DNA from: Amoeboradix gromovi X-113 | Taxonomy: Eukaryota; Fungi; Sanchytriomycota | NCBI GenBank assembly: GCA_018985225.1 | Contig: JADGIF010000085.1 | Span: 1 to 21,935, forward strand | Direction: 5' to 3' | Length of the DNA: 21,935 nt | In this document: in pieces, positions 9,422 to 18,951 of the stretch | Numbering within the stretch: the first letter of the stretch is position 1 | How the letters are laid out: each line of letters begins with the position of its first letter | Translations under genes and position numbers: made by a program | Notes under the pieces: generated by a model | Seen by the model: only the letters and a program-made list of their open reading frames with translations | The model's database searches: none | Told to the model about the DNA's origin: nothing

Positions 9422-10942
9422 TTACTTCAACGTCGGCATACTTGTATCGGATTTGGTTGATGATATGTCTTCTGTTCTCCACAATGATGTTATCGTCTTT
9501 GTTGTAGTATAAAAATCAATTCCCTTTCTTCCATAAAAGTTCGTATCTCCCAAAAAAGATCCTCTGCTTCCTGTAAAAGAAAACATAGGAACAGGCACAG
9601 GAATGGGTACGTTTATTCCAATTTGACCAACATCCACTCTATCTTGAAATCTTCTTGCATTTGCCCCATTAGTGGTAAAGATGGCTGTCCCATTTCCATA
9701 CTTGTTCCTATTTATTATGTCGATACTTTCGTCTAGTGTTTGTGCAAACAAACATACTAAAACAGGTCCAAATATTTCCTCCCGATAACAACGCATATTG
9801 CTCTTTGCATCCATTATAATTGTTGGGCCAAGAAAATTGCCCTTTGGGAAGCCCTCTACTGAATAGTTTCTACCATCAAGGATTATTGTAGCGCCTTCTT
9901 TTTTAGCAGATTCAATAATATCCTCGATTCTCTTTTTTGATTCCTTGCTAATAACAGGACAAACATCTGTATGCTCTTGAAAACCTTCGTTTACTTTTAA
10001 CGCTTGTGCTCTAGATTGCAGTTCCGGTATCCAGTCTTTGGAGTCTCCAACAAAAATCAAGGTTGGTAAAGCCATACATCTTTGGCCTGCAGCACCGAAT
10101 GCAGCTCCAACTATGGCATTGAGTGTTGCATTTTTGTTTGCGTCCGGCATAATCACACCGTGGTTTTTTGCACCCAAATTAGCTTGAACACGTTTACCGT
10201 TTAAACTTCCACGGTTATAAATGTGAGTGCCTGCTTGGTCGCTTCCTACAAAGCTGAGTGACCTAATAGCTGGTGCATCACATAAGAAGTTGACTGTGTC
10301 TGAACCACCATGCACAATCTGTAAAACGCCGCTTGGGACTCCACTCATTTCAGCTAATTCAGCTAAAATCATAGAGGCAGTAGGCGTCTTTTCACTGGGC
10401 TTAAGTAACATAGAATTTCCACACAGCAGTGCATAAGGAAACATCCACAGCGGAATCATTGCTGGGAAATTAAAAGGGCAAATTGCAGCTGTGACTCCTA
10501 GTGGTTCCTTGATGGTGTAAGTATCCATATCTTTAGAAACAGGCAAGTGTTCACCAAGTAAAACACTAGCATTACAAGCTTGTTCGACTACTTGCAAACC
10601 ACGGAACACATCACCTCTAGCATCAGCAAATGTTTTACCTTGTTCAGTAGTTATAGACCTTGCAATTCTATCAAGATTCTCTTTAATCAAGTGCTGCAAT
10701 TTGAACATAACTTGTTGGCGGTGTAAAATACTTGTTTGTCTCCATTCTTTTTGAGCAACCATCGCACCTTGTAGCGCTTCATTTAGTTCAGAAGCAGTGG
10801 CTTGTGGAACTTGAGTAACAAGTTCTTGAGTTGCAGGGTTCAAAACGTCGAATCTCTTTTTAGGATTTGCTTTGAAAGTACCATTTATGTAGTGAAATGT
10901 TTGCAAGCATCTTTTGGAAAAAGAAAACATTGGAGGTTTCAT
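9422..10942 (-). CDS. ALDH6A1: Methylmalonate-semialdehyde dehydrogenase (acylating), ALDH6 family, probably mitochondrial
   Basis: [46 protein letters not shown] (catalytic Cys), [22 protein letters not shown] at 10942 or 10930; the computed 10957 start is TTG. Confidence 0.95.
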   Translation of the reverse strand: MKPPMFSFSKRCLQTFHYINGTFKANPKKRFDVLNPATQELVTQVPQATASELNEALQGAMVAQKEWRQTSILHRQQVMFKLQHLIKENLDRIARSITTEQGKTFADARGDVFRGLQVVEQACNASVLLGEHLPVSKDMDTYTIKEPLGVTAAICPFNFPAMIPLWMFPYALLCGNSMLLKPSEKTPTASMILAELAEMSGVPSGVLQIVHGGSDTVNFLCDAPAIRSLSFVGSDQAGTHIYNRGSLNGKRVQANLGAKNHGVIMPDANKNATLNAIVGAAFGAAGQRCMALPTLIFVGDSKDWIPELQSRAQALKVNEGFQEHTDVCPVISKESKKRIEDIIESAKKEGATIILDGRNYSVEGFPKGNFLGPTIIMDAKSNMRCYREEIFGPVLVCLFAQTLDESIDIINRNKYGNGTAIFTTNGANARRFQDRVDVGQIGINVPIPVPVPMFSFTGSRGSFLGDTNFYGRKGIDFYTTTKTITSLWRTEDISSTKSDTSMPTLK

Positions 10943-11127
10943 TTTTAAATAACACAATCCCGCTATTACTTTAGCTTTTCTGGTCGCAAAGATTCAAAAT
11001 AGGAATCAGATAGCTACTTTAACCTAAATAATTCAGTATAAAACTGTAAAACCTAGACTACTAACTCTTACAGAACCACCCATATTTGGTCACTTGTATA
11101 CTAGGCTAAACAGCTATCAAATTTTGT

Positions 11128-11577
11128 AAAATAATAATTTATCGAGAGTTTGTGTGTATTTTTATGCATGAACTTTCCAATTTCTCCAATACTTCAAATA
11201 CTCGATACTCTTCATTTTCGCAAATGGTAAATCAAATCTAAAGAAATAACTAATAGGTACAATTATATTCATCAGCGTTGAGGAGCTGGTCCAAACATAG
11301 AACTATTAGATGTCCTTCAACCCATCATCAAAAGAGACCAACGATAAAAATAAACCTGTAAACTATTTATTTGATAATTCGTATGACTAGGAAAAGCTAT
11401 CGTATATGATTGGTCTTTGTGGCAGCAAGGAATATACATCAGGTATACACATCCTTATTCAATCCCGCCTCAGGGTAGTGAAAGCGTGAGCAATCACTGT
11501 AATGTAGCATCTAGCATTGCTTTTTTCTCTGTGGAAATTCTCGATTTTCTCGGATATCAGGACTTTTAACGAGGAGT
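11128..11577. repeat. Dispersed repeat family B, long copy; inverted relative to 18264-18754
   Basis: Colinear similarity over ~450 bp, e.g. AATCCCGCCT.AGGGTAGTG.AAGCGTGAGCAATCACTGTAA and TTCTCTGTGGAAATTCTCGATTTTCTC. Stops and indels occur in both copies. Confidence 0.85.
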
Positions 11578-11782
11578 CCGAACCCAAGAGTATTTCTCCT
11601 ACTCAAAAAGATGCACACGGTTGTCAAAGTTAAAAAGTCATTGGTAGACCAGGTAGGACCAAAAGAGTTATTGCGGCTGCATGCAACAAAAAAAATGCGG
11701 GCGTAGCTGCTCAGAACATGAAAGATTCCGCCAATAAATTCATATCACAATCATTATTCTGATTATATCATACTTCACAACT

Positions 11783-12156
11783 GGGACACCAAATATAAAA
11801 ACTAGACTAACTCGTTTTTAAAGGAGGTCCACCATACGGAGGAAATGCTATCATTAAGCAAAAGGTGCATTTTCTTAGACGGTACTCTTTTCTAGAGTCA
11901 TTTTGTAATGTTATACCAACATCATTACTCTTATCTATTCTAGTTTCTACAGAGTAATAGTGATATTCTGTTTGAAGTAAAGATTGGATGAAAGAGTAAG
12001 AGAATGGCTGTACAAAATATTTATTTTCCTTTTATACTCGTCAACTGCGCAACTAGCTGAATGTCCACTCGCCTCTTAAATCAATAAAACTAATAAAGCT
12101 GAAATAATGTCCAAGTTGGTACAGAAAGTTAGTCCAGTTTTTATATTTGATGTCCC
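11783..12156. mobile_element. MITE (374 bp) with ~29-bp TIRs, Sola2-like termini
   Basis: GGGACACCAAATATAAAAACTAGACTAAC … GTTAGTCCAGTTTTTATATTTGATGTCCC. The body is homologous to 14728-15229 in inverted orientation. Flanks AACT/TTTT show no TSD. Confidence 0.85.
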
Positions 12157-12279
12157 TTTTGTTAGTTTTAGCAAGGGGCGTCCTATTTTCATAGAATGAG
12201 TGTCATTATATCTTTTTGAGCTTTTCCTTGTAAGCTTAATCAGAATTAAGCCCTATGGATGGCATTCGGAGCATTACTT

Positions 12280-13419
12280 TTAATGTCTTTTAACCTGTCC
12301 TTGAATGTACTCCATATCAACTTCCATTATCTCGTAGAAAATGTCATCCGGCAGGTCATGATAAACTCCAGTAAATCCTGCACATTCAATATCATGGCAC
12401 ATTTGATAATAAATGCCTAATTTAGTATCTACAACATAGTAAATACCATTGCTTTTATGCTGTCTATTAATTCTTTCGCAGTATCTGTCACCGACTATAC
12501 CCAACACAATTTTACCTTGTTTTTTCATTATTTTATTGACATGGCCTTTAACCTGGCTTCTCATATAATCGTCAAATATAGCACTACCGGAGCCTGCAGT
12601 TGAATTAAATTCATTGTACTTGATATGTTTTCTAACCTTAGTAGATGTAGCTTTATGCTTTGATGGAATTATTAATATTTCAGTCTTTTCATTAAATGGG
12701 CAAAAAGTTATTAGCGTACTTTTAAAGACTTTCAAGCTAGGAGATGTGCATGGTATATCTAATATTGCAGACTTGCCGTATTTGCAACTCAAGTACAATC
12801 TAAATTGACGATTTTTGGAGTAAACTGACATATCAAAGAACGTGGTTTGGGATTCTTCATTATTAACCAGATAAGATTTATTCAATGAAGAAGCGTAATC
12901 CATAAAGTTGTACATCAAATGCTTACAATCCTCATTAGATTTAAAATATGAGTTGCGTAAATGAATTATCAAATGAACTGAAAATTTATCACAAGTGTGA
13001 GAAGTCAATTGAACAACATCCTCAATTTTGTAATTCAGTTCTGTTTTCATGTAATGCTCCAAATCGCAAACTAGCCGGTCTAAGATCTCATTGCCATCCA
13101 GGTTCGCGTTAAATTTTGTGTAGTATTCTAAATCAAGATATAGATTACAAGGTGAGAACGGAAGAATAAGCTCATAAAAATGCCTGGACTTTAATTGAAT
13201 ATACATCTCATAGAAGTTATCAATGGTGTCCAACAAGAATTTCCGTCTACCAACACATTCAAACTCATAGGAAAAGAGGTACAATGACTCGGACGAGTTT
13301 ATATAGTATTTGATTGCGTCATCTTGCCTATCAAAAACAAGGCCGGTATTCACTTTAACTTTCAAATTATTAGATGTTGGAGGGACCCTGTAAAAGTTAG
13401 ACACTTCTACCTGTTTCAT
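12280..13419 (-). CDS. PRIMPOL: DNA primase-polymerase PrimPol (AEP domain plus UL52-type zinc finger)
   Basis: HFYELI, motif A LYLDLE, motif B KFSVH, motif C FDMSVYSKNRQFRL, and the C-H-C-C finger RYCERINRQHKSN…QMCHDIEC. Confidence 0.92.
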   Translation of the reverse strand: MKQVEVSNFYRVPPTSNNLKVKVNTGLVFDRQDDAIKYYINSSESLYLFSYEFECVGRRKFLLDTIDNFYEMYIQLKSRHFYELILPFSPCNLYLDLEYYTKFNANLDGNEILDRLVCDLEHYMKTELNYKIEDVVQLTSHTCDKFSVHLIIHLRNSYFKSNEDCKHLMYNFMDYASSLNKSYLVNNEESQTTFFDMSVYSKNRQFRLYLSCKYGKSAILDIPCTSPSLKVFKSTLITFCPFNEKTEILIIPSKHKATSTKVRKHIKYNEFNSTAGSGSAIFDDYMRSQVKGHVNKIMKKQGKIVLGIVGDRYCERINRQHKSNGIYYVVDTKLGIYYQMCHDIECAGFTGVYHDLPDDIFYEIMEVDMEYIQGQVKRH

Positions 13420-13618
13420 GATACATCTGAAAAAAAATGTTCAAGTAGAATTAAGTGCGGCTAGGAAGGGATTTTGAGTAGGTGCTATCTCTTCATCAAT
13501 GAGGTTGTTTCGTGAATTTAATTTTGCTTTGAAACATCAAATGTTAATTGTCTTGGAACTTAAAAATGGCACAAAGACCATGAATCCTGATTATGTAGTG
13601 AAGCTGGCAAAATAAATT

Positions 13619-14686
13619 TTATTTAACTTTCATAAATCCAATGGGGTCTTTTCCGAGGTCTGTAGATTCAAATATCTTAACAAAATTCAGTACAGAATCG
13701 TCATTTTCAAATAAAGATAGCATCACATCAGTTCCACCTATCTTTAGGGCCAAATCTTGAATTGAATTAAGCGCAGGTATAAAATCCATATATTTTCTAT
13801 CTAAAAACCAGTTGAAAATTTTAATTTGATATTTGATCATGTAGTTAACAAACAAAGGACCAAAATGATCAATTATCATATTAAAAAGCAAAACAAAATC
13901 ATCTACGTCAATAAGCGCCCTCAAAACAGTATAAAATGAGTCATTTTTTATTATCCAAGCTTCTACGAGTTGTTTGTTGTAATCCAACGCAGTATGAATA
14001 TGTTGCAGCTGAATTTGCCAATTTTGATCTAAAATAAGCTCAATAACTTCATCTGTTCTATTTCTTTCTATGTTTAATATTGCATGAAGCGAGTAGATTA
14101 AATTTGAGTTTATAGTTGCAAAATTTGGTATGGAAAACTGAAGTATTAATGATAAAATGTCCGAATTACTCAAATATGAGTGCGTAATTGAATACTCAAC
14201 TAAAAATCGAACCAGAGTTCCTGCTTGGTCAATACACTTGTACTTTTCTGCTTTTATCTTTTTATTATTTGATGTAGCAGTGTAATGTCCATGGGATACA
14301 AAGCATCCGCGAAGTACATTTGAGCAAAAAGAGATATCTTCCAGCCGCTTGTTATCATCTATTAGGCTAAGTAAATCAATATTGGAGGTTACCATTTGAC
14401 AAGTCATAATTAAGTAGTTTTCTAAATTGTGGTGAATTCCCGATTTTAGTTTCTTTATTGCTAGTTTTGATGATTTTTTAGCTATAAGTAGATCATCGGA
14501 ATAATTATGATCGTCTTTTAAATGAGTTTTTACAATTGTTTGAGGTTTAATTTGATTTGAGGTATTCCAATCCGAATAATCAGTCTCATTGGCTATAGGA
14601 TTTGACAAAATTTTAGCCCTCTCTATATCTTCGAGTACTTCTTGCGGAAATTCGAAGTTGTCATCAAAAAACTCATTTTCGTCCAT
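13619..14686 (-). CDS. Hypothetical protein, 355 aa, acidic N-terminus
   Basis: Long uninterrupted ORF with a stop fused to AATAAA. No family motif recognised. Confidence 0.7.
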   Translation of the reverse strand: MDENEFFDDNFEFPQEVLEDIERAKILSNPIANETDYSDWNTSNQIKPQTIVKTHLKDDHNYSDDLLIAKKSSKLAIKKLKSGIHHNLENYLIMTCQMVTSNIDLLSLIDDNKRLEDISFCSNVLRGCFVSHGHYTATSNNKKIKAEKYKCIDQAGTLVRFLVEYSITHSYLSNSDILSLILQFSIPNFATINSNLIYSLHAILNIERNRTDEVIELILDQNWQIQLQHIHTALDYNKQLVEAWIIKNDSFYTVLRALIDVDDFVLLFNMIIDHFGPLFVNYMIKYQIKIFNWFLDRKYMDFIPALNSIQDLALKIGGTDVMLSLFENDDSVLNFVKIFESTDLGKDPIGFMKVK

Positions 14687-14727
14687 TTACAATTATGAAG
14701 CAAAGGATAGAACTTGCAAATACATTA

Positions 14728-15229
14728 GGAACATCAAATATAAAAACTGGACTAACTTTCTGTAACAACTTGGCACATTATTTCAGCTTTATTAATTTTA
14801 TGGATTCAAGAGGCGAGTGGACATTCAGCTAGTTGCGGAGTTGACGAGTGTAAAAGGAAAATAAATAACTTTTTGTATCCAAATTTCAAAAATAAATATT
14901 CTGTACAGCTATTCTCTTACTCTTTCAAATAAAATATCACTACTACTCTGTAAAAACTAGAATAGATAAGAGTAATGATGTTAGTATAACATTACAAAAT
15001 GACTCTAGAAAAGAGTACCGTCTAAGAAAATGCACCTTTTGCATAGATGCTCAAAGACCTCATATATTTGAACGAGATGCAGGGTCTTCTACTTTTATTT
15101 TGAAAAGAGGAATATAATCAATGAAAGAAAATTGGTATAATAGAAGATCTTTTGTTAATGATAGTATTTCCTCCTTATGGTGCACCTCCTTTAAAAACGA
15201 GTTGGTCTAGTTTTTATATCTGGTGTCCC
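14728..15229. mobile_element. MITE (502 bp), second copy, 4-bp TSD ATTA
   Basis: GGAACATCAAATATAAAAACTGGAC … GTCTAGTTTTTATATCTGGTGTCCC, with ATTA at 14724-14727 and 15230-15233. It carries ~100 extra bp (about 15047-15152) relative to copy 1. Confidence 0.88.
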
Positions 15230-15619
15230 ATTAATAAATAAATGTCTCAAAGGTAAAACTTCTTAGCTTACTAACATCCCGTATGTCGTCAGCTCTGCTA
15301 TGGGCGACAGCGTATTGCTACAGATCCCAGTACTTTCATTCTACTCGGGAACAAGCAATATCAACGATATTCTACAAAGCGCTTCATTAATTTTTTAGTC
15401 TGGGATATTGCAATGAGCTTAAATATTTGTTTGCAATCATTATGGAAGTAACGAACTTGTCCATCTATTTTACTTGTCCATGGCTTGCCCTTTTTATGCC
15501 TCTACAGTGTCGTCCCAAAATAATTGCCAATGAACTTCTCAACGTAAGATCTAAGCACTAACTCCACTTGCTTGGTTTGCTGGTTCAGTGTAGCTACTCA
15601 GTAGAAGCCTTGCTTTGCT

Positions 15620-15768
15620 AGAAAATCAAGAATTTCTATAAAGAAACTAACAATGCTAGTCTGTAGTTCCAAAGTAACGGACACCGCTGGAACCCTTATA
15701 CACGACCAATATGGTTACATATGTTTCAGATTTATGTTTCTTGCTACCATATGGTCTCTAACTGCTTG
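15620..15768. repeat. Dispersed repeat family B, short diverged copy
   Basis: AGAAAATCAAGAATTTCTATAAAGAAACTAACAATGCTAG and TTGCTACCATATGGTCTC match 18291-18330 and 18415-18432. Confidence 0.7.
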
Positions 15769-16520
15769 TAAACGGCAGTTTGTACATTATCTCCAAATAC
15801 GGTTTCTTTACGATTTGGCACCTTCTATATGTCAGCCTGTTAATGGCTGATTACATTCTAGCAATCGCTTTCTTTGTTTGGACAATACTTTCACTTTTAG
15901 GCAATTTACGAGTGTGAAATTGTGTATAGAATATCACTTGCTCGTTTCCTTAGCCTTGGCCTATTTTCACTGCGATTATTTGGGTAAATTATTCACAGAT
16001 GAGAAAAAGTAGACAAGTTTAGTTCAATCTTATCCGGGTTAATCTAGCTACTGGGACAATTTGACAATTACGGCATGTTTAAATGGATTTATTGTAAACT
16101 TAACCAAAAAACTCATGACTTTGTATCGCTTATATGAATCTTCTTGTCCTTCCAACTTTAATTTCTTTGAGTGAGTTCTGCGTTGCCAAAATCTGTTTTT
16201 ATAATCTTCTGCAACAACCTTTTTAAAGAATAAACAAATTATGGAACTTCTAAAATGCTCATCTGCATTCATTCAGGAGATGCTATTGCACTATTCACAA
16301 TATGCAGAAGAAAATTTCAATAATTTTGAGGTGTACTTTATTATGACCGGTTCTACATAAGCTATGAAATTACTAGCCTACACAGCATAGCACTCTTATT
16401 GTACCAAGTATGTGAAATGCCAGTTATTATATATACAAGCAGCACAAGTCACCATTGGAAAGTGTAACTACTAGGAAAGTTGCTATTAATATACACTCAG
16501 TGTTTATGGACTTTGACCCT

Positions 16521-16722
16521 TTGAACAAATTATATCTTGTCACAATGTATTTGTACAATATTTTACAATCACAACTTGAAACTATAGATTCTCGCACTTG
16601 ACTACGCAAATAACACGAAAAGCAGCTTCAAATTAGTGTTTTCGTGGTTAAATGGATACACCAGATTAATACAATCTTAGCGACCTCAGGTTGGTATTGG
16701 TATTAGGGATTAGTCAAAACTG
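16521..16722 (+). repeat. Direct repeat, copy 1 (202 bp)
   Basis: Differs from 17824-18026 by 6 substitutions and 1 indel (counted by eye). Confidence 0.93.
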
Positions 16723-16836
16723 TTGCGTGTAAACGTTTTAATGTAAGATGGAAACACACGTTATTGGTTATTAAGGCACTTGGATTTACAAACTAGCATT
16801 CACATTTAGCGCGGCCGGGGGACATGTGGAACTTAA

Positions 16837-17625
16837 ATGTTTTCCTCTGAATATTTGAAAATGATGGCAGAAATCCATACTGATTTAGGAGAAGTTGATT
16901 ACGACAAGTTAGAAGCGGGTAATGATCCTATTTCACAGTTTCGTCGTGAAATTTCTTGTATTAGCTTTGATAAGAATAATATTGAATCATACATTTCCAA
17001 GCTGAGTGATTTTGGGAGCCATATCGATAAATCATTTAAAGAAAAAAAGTATGTTGTTGTACTGTCAACGCATTTAATGTCAATTGAGAGAATGAAAGAC
17101 TTTAATGTAATGGAACCAAGAGAATATATTAAGCCTTCTAGTTACGATGTTTTATTAACAGATGTTAAGCACAATGACTTAATCGGACCCATTGCAGAAA
17201 GATTGGGTGTCGAGTATCTTAGCCAAATGGGAGGCGATTACAAAGAAGGCCAGAGTAATGTGCGAGGCATTTTATATGGAACGTATTACAGACCAATGGT
17301 TAATTTAGTAGTTGCAAGTAAGAAGTTTAAGAAATTTATAAATATCATTTTCCTTGTGGATACTGGGTCTCCTTGTTTATATATATGTGAGAAAGCAATG
17401 GAAAAATTGGGTTTTACAGATCATGTCCCAGAGACATTTGATCTTCTATTTGATTCTAAGACGCATGAAGCAGTGATGAGCCCATCGTTTATGGAGATTG
17501 ACGGGAAACGAGAAAAGGGACACTATCATGACTTGAATCTCATTGGCGCTTCTTTTCTTTCAAAGGAGCGTGCAAGAGTTGCGATTGACTATGCGGAAAA
17601 TACAGTCACTCTCTCTTTTAAATAA
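16837..17625 (+). CDS. Protein with a C-terminal retropepsin-like (clan AA) aspartic protease domain
   Basis: IIFLVDTGSPCLYI (catalytic DTG), downstream NLIGASFL and a terminal beta strand typical of single-domain retropepsins. Confidence 0.75.
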   Translation: MFSSEYLKMMAEIHTDLGEVDYDKLEAGNDPISQFRREISCISFDKNNIESYISKLSDFGSHIDKSFKEKKYVVVLSTHLMSIERMKDFNVMEPREYIKPSSYDVLLTDVKHNDLIGPIAERLGVEYLSQMGGDYKEGQSNVRGILYGTYYRPMVNLVVASKKFKKFINIIFLVDTGSPCLYICEKAMEKLGFTDHVPETFDLLFDSKTHEAVMSPSFMEIDGKREKGHYHDLNLIGASFLSKERARVAIDYAENTVTLSFK

Positions 17626-17823
17626 GTATAATTATAAATTATGATGGGCTTCAAAAATAAATGTGACTCAAGTTAAATTTGAAGTTCTGAAAGAATTAAG
17701 AGTTCGACTACTACGGCAATTCGACTAAAGCACGGCATCCGTAATAAATTGATTTATCCTAAACTGAACAAACTAGCTACTCTTGCATCGCTCAAACGGA
17801 TCTTGTTTTTCTGCCCACTTTTC

Positions 17824-18026
17824 TTGAACAAATTATATCGTGTCACAATGTATTTGTACAATATTTTACAATCACAACTTGAATCTATAGATTCTCGCAC
17901 TTGAGTACGCAAATAATACGAAAAGCAGCTTCAAATTAGCGTTTTCGTGGTTAAATGGATACACCCAGATTAATACAATCTTAGCGACCTCAGGTTGGTA
18001 TTGGTATTAGGAATTAGTCAAAACTG
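17824..18026 (+). repeat. Direct repeat, copy 2 (203 bp)
   Basis: Near-identical to 16521-16722. Confidence 0.93.
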
Positions 18027-18263
18027 ACATGTTTAAGAAAAAGAATATAAGCAGTTTTGTCCAACTAGCAAATTTTACTGAAAGAAATCATAATAAACGA
18101 CAAACTTCATTCAATCAGGAGAGTTGATTTATTTTAATTAGAATCTATTGCTTCAATACGATATGGCGACCGTTATATTACAGTTTTGAGTACCTTGCTG
18201 ATGGATTTTTTGGACATGTGGTTGTTCATTATTTTTTTGTTTGTCCTCCAGTCTACTTTTCAT

Positions 18264-18754
18264 ACTCCTCGTTAATAGTCCTGATTTAAGAGAAAATCGA
18301 GAATTTCCACAGAGAAACTAGCAGTGCTAGATGCTCCGTTACAGTGATTGCTCACGCTTGCACTACCCTTAGGCGGGATTGGATAAGGATGCAGATACTT
18401 GATGTACATACTCCTTGCTACCATATGGTCTCAACTGTTGCACATATTGTAAGACCAAGAGCATACGGGTTATTAAATAAATAATTTACGAGTTTATTTT
18501 TATTGTTGATCTCTTTTGAGAACGGGTTGAAATGCATCTAGTTCTTCCATGTTTGGATCAGTTCTTCAACGTTGATGGATTTATGCTGTAACTACTAGGT
18601 ATTTCTCTAGATTTGACAAATTCAGGATTGCATCCATTGATTCCATTTACCATTGTAAAAATGAAGAATATCGAGTATTTAAGCTATTGGAAAAATCTGG
18701 AAAAGTGACGAAATTATATAAAAATGCATACAAATTCGCAATAAATGATTTATT
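18264..18754. repeat. Dispersed repeat family B, long copy
   Basis: Its reverse complement aligns along 11128-11577. Confidence 0.85.
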
Positions 18755-18951
18755 CAAGAGAACTATCGAGCTGCATCTCAGAAATATTTTACATTACTTC
18801 TATGCATTGTTCAGTTGAGTTAGGTATATTTAGTTTCAAGATACAAGCTGATCATAATTTATTGCATATTCAATTTGCAGACGCTATTCGTGATACTCCA
18901 AGTATTTTGACTAATTTGAGTGTTTTGAAACATCAAATATTTTGAATTCGA

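Noticed and set aside
13418-13615. Plus-strand 65-codon frame with one internal TGA (possible selenoprotein or readthrough)
   Set aside because: There is no CxxU motif or visible SECIS, its ATG overlaps the PrimPol start and no homology is recognisable. Its stop does overlap AATAAA, so a short gene from 13499 is not excluded.
13619-14686. ATRIP/Rad26 assignment for the 355-aa ORF
   Set aside because: Only the acidic N-terminus is suggestive, and no coiled-coil or other motif could be verified.
11783-15229. Composite transposon carrying PrimPol between two inverted MITEs
   Set aside because: The second MITE has its own ATTA TSD, indicating independent insertion. The outer flanks (AACT/ATTA) do not match.
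16818-16826. GGGACATG matching the Fanzor left terminus
   Set aside because: Only 8 bp, with no partner end or TSD; likely chance.
16521-18026. Canonical LTR retrotransposon
   Set aside because: No TG...CA ends, PBS, PPT, TSD, gag, RT or integrase were seen. It is kept only as an unexplained cassette.
15653-18945. Short ORFs 15653, 16048, 16427 and 18745
   Set aside because: They overlap or adjoin repeats, carry no motifs, and their lengths are within chance expectation.
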